Shown here: positions 1-7,684 of the stretch, in pieces
Numbering within the stretch: the first letter of the stretch is position 1
How the letters are laid out: the number at the start of each line of letters is the position of its first letter
From: Pseudomonadota bacterium
GTDB taxonomy: Bacteria; Bdellovibrionota; FAC87; UBA2466
DNA length: 27,281 nt
Direction: 5' to 3'
NCBI GenBank assembly: GCA_043718025.1
Contig: JAYSWN010000121.1
Span: 1 to 27,281 of the forward strand
Made by a program: the position numbers and the translations under genes
The notes under the pieces: model-generated
The model's database searches: none
What the model was told of the DNA's origin: nothing
Seen by the model: only the letters and a program-made list of their open reading frames with translations

Positions 1-360
1 GGCCGGCGAACAACAACGTGTGACGACCAAAAAACAAGGGCTCAGCTCTTGTCAGGGGAGCCTTTTTACCTTGTGTTCCTTTTCCATAGACGCAATGACA
101 GGAACGCGGCTCTACATAAGGTTTTGAGACACCCTCTCAGGAAATAGCCCACCCGAATCGAAGCCTCACGCAAAAAAGAACCTCGGGAGACGACATTAAG
201 ATAAGTAAAAGGAACCAGGTGAAAGGGGTCGTGGCAAAATAAGTTGAGCCTCCACGGTACAGCACCACTCGGCAGCACCAGGATGAAAAGTTAAAGTCTT
301 CCCTTAAGTGAAACGCCAAGGAAACCTCCACGCTCCCCACACATTGCCATTTTCACAAAG

Positions 361-707
361 GCGCAACCTCGAACATAGGTAACACTTTAGACCGGCGACA
401 TAGGTAACACTTATTTGCGGTATGGCTTTCTACTTTTTCGCGACGTGCTCTCACCATCGAGACGAACTAAAGATCCGAAGAATCGATGGTCTCTTTGCTT
501 TGCCAAGCGTACATCTAAAATCCCTAGAGCTACTGGTCCAAAGTATACTTTCCATCTGTCGTCTGCGATTTCTTCAAGTCCGACCCACTCGTCTCTGAGA
601 ACGCTGCTCGTGATCCACTGGGTATGATTAAACGAAATCACTCCATTTGGATAAGTTTTGAAGACTTTAAAGTGCGATGGATAGTGTGTCTGATTCTGAA
701 AACGCAA
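361..707 (-). mobile_element. IS481-family insertion sequence remnant (transposase C-terminus plus right end)
   Basis: ORF 411-707 reads YPSHFKVFKTYPNGVISF...LRDEWVGLEEIADDRWKVYFGPVALGILD, a typical IS481 transposase tail. It is followed by two copies of ACATAGGTAACACTT (373-387, 398-412), resembling IS481 subterminal repeats. The DDE core is absent. Confidence 0.75.
373..412. repeat. 15-bp direct repeat pair with 25-bp period (IS481-type transposase binding sites)
   Basis: ACATAGGTAACACTT at 373-387 and 398-412. Confidence 0.85.
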
Positions 708-943
708 ACCAAAAACCCATCCCAGTTACCGTGGCCGGCCCGACTGAGATTGTAGAAGAGACATCAACCAACTACGGGAAGTACAAAATTACGGTAAGCC
801 ATCAAGTGGGCGATAAACCTGATCCGCAAACTTACATCGCCATGAAGGCAAACGAAGTGATGTCTCAGATCTACAACGTAAGTGAAAAGAGCCTTTACCA
901 TCTACACGCAAAAAACCTTTGGCTTCAATGCTGGTTTGAATAA
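677..943 (+). CDS. hypothetical protein or gene fragment abutting the truncated IS481
   Basis: 88-aa ORF with protein-like composition and no recognisable motif; overlaps the point where transposase similarity stops. Confidence 0.3.
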   Translation: MDSVSDSENANQKPIPVTVAGPTEIVEETSTNYGKYKITVSHQVGDKPDPQTYIAMKANEVMSQIYNVSEKSLYHLHAKNLWLQCWFE

Positions 944-1174
944 ACTTTTTCCGCCAGTCCCTTAAAGGTTGGTTGGAGAGAGCTCTAAAATTAATAGAGA
1001 TAACGGTGCCCCTTTACTTCCGTCCATTGTTATCGCATTTAGCTTGGAGTGCTGCGATCGCCGGACCATGAGTTGCGTCGCAGAGAAACGGCCACACTTT
1101 AATATTCTTGGACAGCGGGCCCGCGGTGACTTGAAGACCGCCCCCCCTTTAGAAAACTACATGTCCGCAACAAG

Positions 1175-1204
1175 TTGATGGTCTGGGCAATAGCGCGGTA
1201 TACT
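1175..1204 (+). promoter_or_regulatory. sigma70-like promoter for the nucleotidyltransferase operon (probably leaderless)
   Basis: TTGATG (1175-1180), 18 nt, TATACT (1199-1204), 8 nt before ATG 1213; no Shine-Dalgarno. Confidence 0.5.
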
Positions 1205-1212
1205 TTCGCCGA

Positions 1213-1737
1213 ATGACCCTGAAATTAACATTAGAGAAAGCAAATCAAGCCCTCGAGGAGCGTGGGGTAAGCCACGCTTTAATTGGAGGGTTTGCCCTTG
1301 CCGTTTTAGGGGTTCCTCGAGCTACCAACGACATCGATTTCTTAATTGATGAGGCTCAGGTGGGCGACGCCAAGACAGCCTTGACCGAAGCGGGTTGGAA
1401 AGTTGCGTTGGAAACCAAAGAGGTCATTCACTTTCGAGGACAGGGTAACGTCGATCTTCTCATCGCCCGTCGGCCGCTCAGCCAAGCCATGCTGAGAAAA
1501 TCAAAACCCTTGCCCCCCTTGGGGGTTCATTGTCTATCGGCCGAAGCAATAATTGGTCTCAAAATTCAGGCCTATAAGAATGATCCGGTCCGTGAATTTC
1601 AAGACAAAGCCGACATCCAGTCACTTATCGTCAAACATGGCAGTACTTTAGATTGGGGAGAGATTAAAACTTACGCCGATCTTTTCCAGGAAATGCCCTT
1701 TTTAGAAAAGCTTCGGAGCCAGTGTGACGTTAAGTGA
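1213..1737 (+). CDS. nucleotidyltransferase superfamily protein (AbiEii/DUF6036-like)
   Basis: ALIGGFALAVLGVPRATNDIDFLI (GG..A...R.T.DID motif) and IIGLKIQA...QDKADI (K...D..D motif). Confidence 0.85.
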   Translation: MTLKLTLEKANQALEERGVSHALIGGFALAVLGVPRATNDIDFLIDEAQVGDAKTALTEAGWKVALETKEVIHFRGQGNVDLLIARRPLSQAMLRKSKPLPPLGVHCLSAEAIIGLKIQAYKNDPVREFQDKADIQSLIVKHGSTLDWGEIKTYADLFQEMPFLEKLRSQCDVK

Positions 1738-1831
1738 ATTCTTAACTTTTTTAGATGAGTTTTGGGAGATTTTTGGCCCCATCCCCGAAAAACCGCTAAC
1801 GGGTGCGCAATTCAAGAACATGAAATTGTAG
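1724..1831 (+). CDS. 35-aa small protein coupled to the nucleotidyltransferase (not in ORF track)
   Basis: GTG at 1724 with GGAG at 1715-1718; MTLSEFLTFLDEFWEIFGPIPEKPLTGAQFKNMKL*; overlaps the upstream stop codon. Confidence 0.6.
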   Translation: MTLSEFLTFLDEFWEIFGPIPEKPLTGAQFKNMKL

Positions 1832-1864
1832 CTTTGAAGTAATGAGCCTTCTCCCGATTACGTC

Positions 1865-2821
1865 TTAACGGTTCCCCATGGAAGAGCGCATCCACGCCTC
1901 CATCTCGGTGGCTCGGCCTACCACGTTTCCGCTATTGATATCCAATTCCCTTAGGGCACCGTCGACAATACTGCCGTACTTTCCAATTGAGTCCATCGCG
2001 TTCGCTCTGAGTAAACCCAAGGAATCCTTTTCTGCGGATTTCAAATCAGCAAGCGGCACGCCCATTAATTCATAAAAGGTAAATGTTGCTTGGAGTTCGT
2101 TCAACTCACTTCGGCTTTCGGTAAAAATACGAATAAATCCCTCATCGATCGATTTGCCATCGATAGAGATCAAATTCTTCAATCTTGGGTGTGGTTTGGC
2201 CCCGGCTTGAATGGCTTTCGACCAGTCAGCCAAAAGCAAGGTGTCTGCATAGTGGGCGCTCTCATGAAAAAAATTACGAATGTTTTCTAGTAAGCCCTCA
2301 TCCGATGGTTTGAACTTCAACACCATTCCTTGCCAAGCTTTGGGCCCATGGTTACCGGTTGCGATATGGCTCACGACTTTGGAGCGTTCGCCTGTAAAAA
2401 AGGGTTTAATCTGATACGGGCTTCCGGTTGAGATATGAACAGCCGAACTACCTGAATTGAGTTTACAACTCCCGTGAAGCACACAGATTGCCAAGGCATT
2501 CTCATCCCCGTAGGCCTTTAGAATGGCCTGGCTCGTCTTGGAGAGAAGGCTGTCGTCATTGCGGCTTTTCAGAATTTTAAGGATAGCATTGCTGGTAACT
2601 TCTCTATCGACCGGCGGCAAATCCGCCAGCGCCATCAAAGTCCTAAGTTCAGATAGGCTTCCTGTGGCGGCAGAAACGTTGCCGCTAGTAATGGCTGGCA
2701 GAATGCGACCAAAAACCGCAACACAAGTTTCCGATCCCAAAGCAACAATCTTGATCACTCGGTCGTCGGCGGCTTGAGCCGGTTGCAGACTTAAAAAAAT
2801 GAAAAAAAATAAAAGCTTCAT
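1865..2821 (-). CDS. secreted hypothetical protein with HExxH motif
   Basis: Signal peptide MKLLFFFIFLSLQPAQA; NFFHESAHYAD followed by a downstream E (FTESR). Confidence 0.75.
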   Translation of the reverse strand: MKLLFFFIFLSLQPAQAADDRVIKIVALGSETCVAVFGRILPAITSGNVSAATGSLSELRTLMALADLPPVDREVTSNAILKILKSRNDDSLLSKTSQAILKAYGDENALAICVLHGSCKLNSGSSAVHISTGSPYQIKPFFTGERSKVVSHIATGNHGPKAWQGMVLKFKPSDEGLLENIRNFFHESAHYADTLLLADWSKAIQAGAKPHPRLKNLISIDGKSIDEGFIRIFTESRSELNELQATFTFYELMGVPLADLKSAEKDSLGLLRANAMDSIGKYGSIVDGALRELDINSGNVVGRATEMEAWMRSSMGNR

Positions 2822-2991
2822 TTGCTGTTAGTCCCCGCTCTTATCCCCATTAATTATACTGCGAAAGTAACTCTTCGTGGAGAGAAGAACCCGTGCCACC
2901 TTGAGATCGAGAATATTGAGGAGAAGGCACTCGATGCGTTCAAGTCTAAGAAGTTGATTGCTCCGGATAAGATTGGGTTAATCAATTTTTT

Positions 2992-4422
2992 TTATTTGCT
3001 GACTGCCTTTGGTTCATCCTCGCGTGGGGGCAAAAACAGTGCACGCAACAAAGGCAAATCTTGATCGTTCGTGGAAAAGAGTCGGAGCGGGCAGGAGAGG
3101 TTTGCGGTGGGCAATGAAATCTGCTTGGAACGATTACTCCATAGACGAGTGCCGTTTTTCCAGGCATCCGCCACCACACCCGCCGCACCCACTGCCACCA
3201 GAATCAGTCGAGTCACGCCATCGCCCACTAAATGGGAATTTTTGATAAAGGGATGAAGCGTACCATAATAAAACACCCGCCAATTCATGTGGCGACTTTC
3301 GGCGACCTTGGCCGCCGTCGCGTGACGTTGGGCCTCTGCGGTGAGCCTCATCTTCTCCTCTGCGCTGAGTGCCTGATCTGTTTCAACTTCGACTAGAAGC
3401 TGTTTTTCGGCTTCCAACGAATCGAGTTGTTTCTTTCTCAAGATGGCAAAGAGCCCATCGATAGCGGCCACGGAGAAAACATTCAGCAGGGAGTTGGTGA
3501 AAACACGCCACAGCCCAACCCTCACATCTCCGGTCTCGGCCATCACCGGCAACATGATCACTAAATTGGATCCGCCAAGAACCGCCCAGGTCACTAAAAA
3601 ATAAAAGGGACGCGAATAGGTTTGTTGAACATCCGCGTTCAATTGCGTTTCGCCCGTTTCTCGATCGGTTTCCCAACGGGGCTTTCGGCTGGCGAGTCGC
3701 AGGTAGTTGAGGTAATCGGCGCCCGCGTTAAAGGCATAGGTAAGACCGAAAATAAGTCCTTCCGCTACTCCCGGATAGCTGGTTTGGTGGGCCAGCCAGA
3801 ACGTGGAGGTGTTAACGACAGAGATATAGAGGTAGCGAAACTGTTTTCGCGCACCACCCCCGAAGCCGTGGGGAACGGTATTTAGCCAGCGAAACTGCTC
3901 TTCGTTTTCACCTTTGTAAAAACGGCGCAGCGCTTGGAAATGGTGCTTGAAACCCTGCATTCCAAAAAAACGAGCGAGTGTCTTTCCCAAACCAATTTTT
4001 CCGCCGCCGTCCGGATTCACTTGCACCGCAAAGTCCACCGCATGGGTTTTTTCGGCTAGGCGCGCTTCGGTGGCAGCATCCAGCTGAGTGCTTTCAACTA
4101 AAATTCCATCCAGACCCACCCCGTAGCGGGACAGCGAAACTATTAACTCTTCGTGTAACGTAGACCAATTGCCTTGTTTGGGTTGCACCACCAAGATGCG
4201 CGGTTTGGGTTGACGGGGCTCACCCCCCAGGCGGCTCAAGGCATTATTGAGAACCACGCTAACATCTTCGGCGGTGCGCAGTTCGTACTCTTCCTGGGCA
4301 TAAATGGCCGAGATGCATAGCGAATGCAAGAAAAGGAGAGCCGAATAAATATAAGTTTGTCGACGATCCATAGGCTTTTTTATCAATGGCGAGGGATACA
4401 TTGTTTTGCTTGACGGATGCAA
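2992..4422 (-). CDS. hypothetical membrane protein (true start probably downstream, near MDRRQ)
   Basis: 476-aa ORF with a signal-like segment (IYSALLFLHSLCISAIYA), several hydrophobic helices and a coiled-coil stretch. Confidence 0.7.
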   Translation of the reverse strand: MHPSSKTMYPSPLIKKPMDRRQTYIYSALLFLHSLCISAIYAQEEYELRTAEDVSVVLNNALSRLGGEPRQPKPRILVVQPKQGNWSTLHEELIVSLSRYGVGLDGILVESTQLDAATEARLAEKTHAVDFAVQVNPDGGGKIGLGKTLARFFGMQGFKHHFQALRRFYKGENEEQFRWLNTVPHGFGGGARKQFRYLYISVVNTSTFWLAHQTSYPGVAEGLIFGLTYAFNAGADYLNYLRLASRKPRWETDRETGETQLNADVQQTYSRPFYFLVTWAVLGGSNLVIMLPVMAETGDVRVGLWRVFTNSLLNVFSVAAIDGLFAILRKKQLDSLEAEKQLLVEVETDQALSAEEKMRLTAEAQRHATAAKVAESRHMNWRVFYYGTLHPFIKNSHLVGDGVTRLILVAVGAAGVVADAWKNGTRLWSNRSKQISLPTANLSCPLRLFSTNDQDLPLLRALFLPPREDEPKAVSK

Positions 4423-4451
4423 GGCCTATCTAGGCGAAGGTTCGGTAAGGA

Positions 4452-4501
4452 TGGCGGGCGCCCTAGGGCTCGAACCTATGACCTCCGCCGAATGAAGGCG
4501 G
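4452..4501 (-). repeat. duplicated 3' part of tRNA-Val (attR-like island boundary, distal)
   Basis: 46/50 identical to 18594-18643, same orientation. Confidence 0.9.
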
Positions 4502-4619
4502 AAAGGCCATCTGCATGGATCTATCTGATACCACTTGTGAAATCATGATTCAAAATCTGTCCTATTCGGCGAAACGATTTCGGATCTCTTCTGAATTCTT
4601 CGGAATCTTTCTGTTCCTT

Positions 4620-4647
4620 TCGGGATCTTGGTGCCACCCGTGCCACC
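4620..4647. repeat. 28-bp direct repeat copy 1 (putative integrase arm-type sites)
   Basis: TCGGGATCTTGGTGCCACCCGTGCCACC, identical at 6950-6977; contains tandem GTGCCACC. Confidence 0.8.
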
Positions 4648-4686
4648 GCAACACCGACTAAGGGCATGGATAGTTATGACCATGAA

Positions 4687-4716
4687 TTGACTCATTGTGA
4701 GTAGTTATGCTAATCT
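4687..4716 (+). promoter_or_regulatory. TA promoter with palindromic operator
   Basis: TTGACT (4687-4692) and extended -10 TGcTAATCT (4708-4716); inverted repeat ACTCA-TTG-TGAGT at 4690-4702. Confidence 0.5.
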
Positions 4717-4722
4717 GGGCGT

Positions 4723-4968
4723 GTGAAGTTGAGATTTCATCCGCACGCGGTACTTAGGATGCAAGAAAGAGCTTTGTCCGTTGAGGAAGTGCAGCAGGTC
4801 ATCCAGAAACCCGACGGGAGAATCTCACAGTCTAAAGATAAGACCATTTACTATAAAAGACTTTCCGGCCGCCGTGACAACTTTGTCGCCGCAGTGGTTG
4901 TGGAACTGTTGCCAGATGAGATTCTCGAGGTGCTCACGGTTCTCATTAATTTTGAGGTGCGAAAATGA
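4723..4968 (+). CDS. DUF4258-family (RelE-like) toxin
   Basis: LRFHPHAVLRMQERALSVEEVQQVIQKP ... ILEVLTV, the H(A)..RM.ER pattern; ATGA overlap with the next gene. Confidence 0.8.
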   Translation: MKLRFHPHAVLRMQERALSVEEVQQVIQKPDGRISQSKDKTIYYKRLSGRRDNFVAAVVVELLPDEILEVLTVLINFEVRK

Positions 4969-5282
4969 AGATAGTTCATCAGTCAGACGTTGATTACGTT
5001 TCAATCGATTTCAAAGAAGGGGTTGAAGCGAAATCATATTTTGAAAATGGCATCATCGTACGTCTTGACGCGAAAGGGAATGTGATTGGGCTGGATATTA
5101 CTGACTCATCCAAGTTCTTCGCTGGCGAGGGAGAACTTACCCTAAAAGAGGCATGCGCTTTATTGGGTATTTCGGCGTCCACGATGCGTCGCCGTATCAA
5201 GGAAGGCAAAGTGAAGTACCGAAAACCTAATAAAAAGGATTTTCGGTTTAAGAAAAAAGACATCGTAAAAATGGCAGGCTGA
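4965..5282 (+). CDS. DUF2283 antitoxin fused to an excisionase-type HTH_17 domain
   Basis: MKIVHQSDVDYVSI...GIIVRLDAKGNVIGLDI (DUF2283) plus LTLKEACALLGISASTMRRRIKEGK (HTH_17). Confidence 0.8.
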   Translation: MKIVHQSDVDYVSIDFKEGVEAKSYFENGIIVRLDAKGNVIGLDITDSSKFFAGEGELTLKEACALLGISASTMRRRIKEGKVKYRKPNKKDFRFKKKDIVKMAG

Positions 5283-5291
5283 ATGCGATGT

Positions 5292-6296
5292 TTAGACTAT
5301 CGAACCAAGACTAAGCACAATGCTTCCCGTCTTGTGGCCCGACTCGACCACCTCGTGAGCCCGCGCCACCTGATCGAACGGAAAGACGCCACCGATAAGG
5401 GGTTTTAACCGTCCGCGTTCGCATAGTGAGACCAGGTAATCGAGGTCGGCGGCGCTCTCGGAAATGGAGCCCGCGCGGACTTTTTGCCGATGAAAAAGAG
5501 AGACCCAGGCGCTCCTGATCGTCAGCGGCAGATCGGCCACCACGAGCCCAATTCTCCCCTTTTCCGACAGCTTGTGGCGTGAGTTCTCAAACGTGGTTCC
5601 CCCGACCGTATCCAAAACAACGTCGTACCGCTCGGTACCCTTCCGCCAGTCGGTAGATTCGTAGGCAATCACTCGAGTGGCCCCCAGTCCCTCCACCAGT
5701 GACGCCTTCTTTTGACTGCAAACCCCGGTGACCACGGCCCCCATTTCGCGGCCGAGCTGCACGGCCGCGCTTCCCACCGCCCCACCCGCTCCCACCACTA
5801 ATAAGGTTTCGCCTTGGCGCAGCGCAAGCTTGTCGCGCAAAAAGACCAGCGCGGTGGTGCCGCCAAAGACCAACGCCGCCGCACTTTCGAAAGAAATGGA
5901 GTCAGGGATCTTCGCTAGGGCAGCCGACGCCGAAACCGCGACGTACTCGGCATGGCCCCCGAGCTTCATGCCCAAATTCGCCACCACGCGCTCATCGACG
6001 AAAAATTTCTCGACCCGCTTACCCACCGCGACGACCTCCCCCGCCATCTCGGTGCCCAGGGCGAAATATCTTGGCCGGCGAAACCCGAACAAGAGGCCCA
6101 TGATGATGCCAAAACCGCGGGGAACATTCCTCGTTCTCAGACGCCAGTCCGCCGCCGAGACCGTCGAGGCGCCTACCCGCACCAAAAGTTGATTTTCCCC
6201 GAGGTCTGGCAAGGGAACTTGTTCGAGCATGACCACCTCGGGGGCACCGAAGCGGTGGTTTCGGGCCGCCAGCATGGTAGGGGGAAGATCTCTCAC
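5292..6296 (-). CDS. NAD(P)-dependent MDR-family oxidoreductase (quinone oxidoreductase/alcohol dehydrogenase-like)
   Basis: LGTEMAGEVVAVGKRVEKFFVDERV, LVVGAGGAVGSAAVQL, YDVVLDTVG, AHEVVESGHKTGSIV; no catalytic Zn Cys. Confidence 0.92.
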   Translation of the reverse strand: MRDLPPTMLAARNHRFGAPEVVMLEQVPLPDLGENQLLVRVGASTVSAADWRLRTRNVPRGFGIIMGLLFGFRRPRYFALGTEMAGEVVAVGKRVEKFFVDERVVANLGMKLGGHAEYVAVSASAALAKIPDSISFESAAALVFGGTTALVFLRDKLALRQGETLLVVGAGGAVGSAAVQLGREMGAVVTGVCSQKKASLVEGLGATRVIAYESTDWRKGTERYDVVLDTVGGTTFENSRHKLSEKGRIGLVVADLPLTIRSAWVSLFHRQKVRAGSISESAADLDYLVSLCERGRLKPLIGGVFPFDQVARAHEVVESGHKTGSIVLSLGSIV

Positions 6297-6402
6297 CCGG
6301 TTATTCTAACCCCGGCGTCAAGGTGGCCGAAGTAAATTGTCATGCTGTCGCCCAGCCGGACGACGATCTTGCTCACGCTTGGGCCCCAACGTACTTCAGC
6401 CC

Positions 6403-6429
6403 TTGATATGTACATATAAAGTATGTACA
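6403..6429 (+). promoter_or_regulatory. BrnTA promoter/operator
   Basis: TTGATA at 6403-6408 followed by the perfect inverted repeat TGTACATA-N5-TATGTACA (6409-6429). Confidence 0.65.
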
Positions 6430-6430
6430 C

Positions 6431-6712
6431 ATATACTTTGTATGGGATCAGCACAAGGAAAAGGAGAATATACGCAAGCATGGCGTCTCCTTTTCCGAAG
6501 CCGCCACTGTTTTTTACGACCCGTTAGCAAAGATCACGGCGGATCCAGATCACTCTTTGAGTGAGGACCGGTATATTCTCATTGGGCAGAGTCAGCGGAG
6601 CCGGTTGCTTTTCGTAGTTCATGTAGATCAGCCCGAGAAAGATCGGGTAAGAATCGTCAGCGCTCGAAAGGCCACAAAGAAAGAAATCGCAGATTTTCAA
6701 GAGATGCAATAA
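6431..6712 (+). CDS. brnT: BrnT-family toxin lacking a canonical start codon (ATA at 6431; not in ORF track)
   Basis: Frame reads IYFVWDQHKEKENIRKHGVSFSEAATVFYDP...PDHSLSEDRYILIG...LLFVVH...RVRIVSARKATKKE; in-frame TGA at 6404 and no ATG/GTG/TTG before the domain. Confidence 0.85.
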   Translation: MYFVWDQHKEKENIRKHGVSFSEAATVFYDPLAKITADPDHSLSEDRYILIGQSQRSRLLFVVHVDQPEKDRVRIVSARKATKKEIADFQEMQ

Positions 6713-6723
6713 GGGAGTTTAAT

Positions 6724-6948
6724 ATGCGTAAGGAATATGATCTAAAGAAAATGCAGTTACGGCCAAACCCGTATGTGAACAGGCTTAAACAGAGCGTTAC
6801 CATTCGCTTGGATAAGGATGTCATAGAGTATTTTAAGGGCTTGAGCGAGAAGACCGGGACGCCTTATCAAAGCCTAGTGAACGATTTTTTGCGTAGTTGC
6901 AAAGAACAAAAGATGACTCCCAAGACCATTTGGAAAAAGACTGGTTAG
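6724..6948 (+). CDS. brnA: BrnA-family antitoxin (RHH)
   Basis: MRKEYDL...NPY...KQSVTIRLDKDVIEYFK...GTPYQSLVNDFLR; RBS GGGAG. Confidence 0.9.
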   Translation: MRKEYDLKKMQLRPNPYVNRLKQSVTIRLDKDVIEYFKGLSEKTGTPYQSLVNDFLRSCKEQKMTPKTIWKKTG

Positions 6949-6949
6949 A

Positions 6950-6977
6950 TCGGGATCTTGGTGCCACCCGTGCCACC
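6950..6977. repeat. 28-bp direct repeat copy 2
   Basis: Identical to 4620-4647. Confidence 0.8.
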
Positions 6978-7001
6978 TCGCTAATCATTAGCAATCCGCA
7001 G

Positions 7002-7262
7002 TTACCGATAGACCTCTCTTCGATGCGCAATCTTTACTATCCATATAATTAGTTCTTTGTCCTGAATCGAATACACGATTCGGTAGGGGCCTTTTCGAAT
7101 CCGATACTTTTCTTCTCCAGACAGCTTCTCGCATCCTATTGGCCTCGGATTTTCAGCGAGAGACGCAATGAGCTTTGTTATCGGAACGAGGTAGTTTTTG
7201 GGAATGGCCGCAAGTTCCTTTTCAGCGGAGCGCTTGATGAAGATCCTATATTTTTCGGTCAT
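7002..7262 (-). CDS. relE: RelE/StbE-family toxin
   Basis: YRIFIKRSAEKEL...LAENPRPIGCEKLSG...YRIRKGPYRIVYSIQD...IVKIAHRREVYR. Confidence 0.92.
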   Translation of the reverse strand: MTEKYRIFIKRSAEKELAAIPKNYLVPITKLIASLAENPRPIGCEKLSGEEKYRIRKGPYRIVYSIQDKELIIWIVKIAHRREVYR

Positions 7263-7479
7263 GCTTGAGCCTCTTCACGACTTCTTCGAAGGAAGATCCG
7301 GGCTCCTTGGCCCGCTCATCAAATGCGGCTAAATCGTCGGCATCTTCACTCAAATACTGTTTGATGGCGTCGGAAATAATCGCAGACACGGAGCTTTCAG
7401 TTTCAACCGCCTTGAGTTGAATCGCTCGAAATAGCTTCGGATCAAAATAGACGGTCGCTCTTTTGGAACTGGATTTCAT
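7246..7479 (-). CDS. CopG/RHH-family antitoxin
   Basis: KRATVYFDPKLFRAIQLKA...SVSAIISDAI...EDADDLAAFDERAKEP; overlaps the relE start (alternative start 7491). Confidence 0.85.
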   Translation of the reverse strand: MKSSSKRATVYFDPKLFRAIQLKAVETESSVSAIISDAIKQYLSEDADDLAAFDERAKEPGSSFEEVVKRLKHDRKI

Positions 7480-7496
7480 AACACACTCCATTAACC

Positions 7497-7529
7497 ACTA
7501 TAGCGACAAGACGTTATAGCGTCAAGGCG
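7497..7529 (-). promoter_or_regulatory. sigma70 promoter of the CopG-RelE operon with direct-repeat operator
   Basis: Minus strand TTGACG-N17-TATAGT (7525-7497); direct repeats TATAGCGACAAGACG and TATAGCGTCAAGGCG (7499-7513, 7515-7529). Confidence 0.7.
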
Positions 7530-7684
7530 CTGCTTTCCCTGCGCAACGTCGTGCGGTTCCCCATTTCCGCGTGAGCCGCAACTCGTTGAATTTTACTGGG
7601 CGGTCCAGGACGATTTTGAGACTTTTCTCGCCGCCGCCTAAAAGGACAGAATGACCGCGACTCTAGCCGCGAATAAGTACCGCG

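Noticed and set aside
36..67. Terminator-like hairpin GGCTC...GAGCC followed by a T run
   Set aside because: Short stem, long loop and no supported upstream gene within the window.
969..1178. 69-aa ORF upstream of the nucleotidyltransferase as its antitoxin
   Set aside because: No RBS or motif, and a separate promoter lies between it and the NTase.
4452..4501. Second tRNA gene
   Set aside because: Only the 3' 50 nt are present; the D-arm and 5' acceptor strand are missing, so it is an att-like duplication.
4581..4647. CRISPR-like array
   Set aside because: The repeats are short, degenerate and adjacent, with no spacers and no cas genes in the window.
7530..7650. Short plus-strand frame ending PQLVEFYWAVQDDFETFLAAA*
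   Set aside because: May be a gene tail left by island decay, but it has no start and no family I can name.
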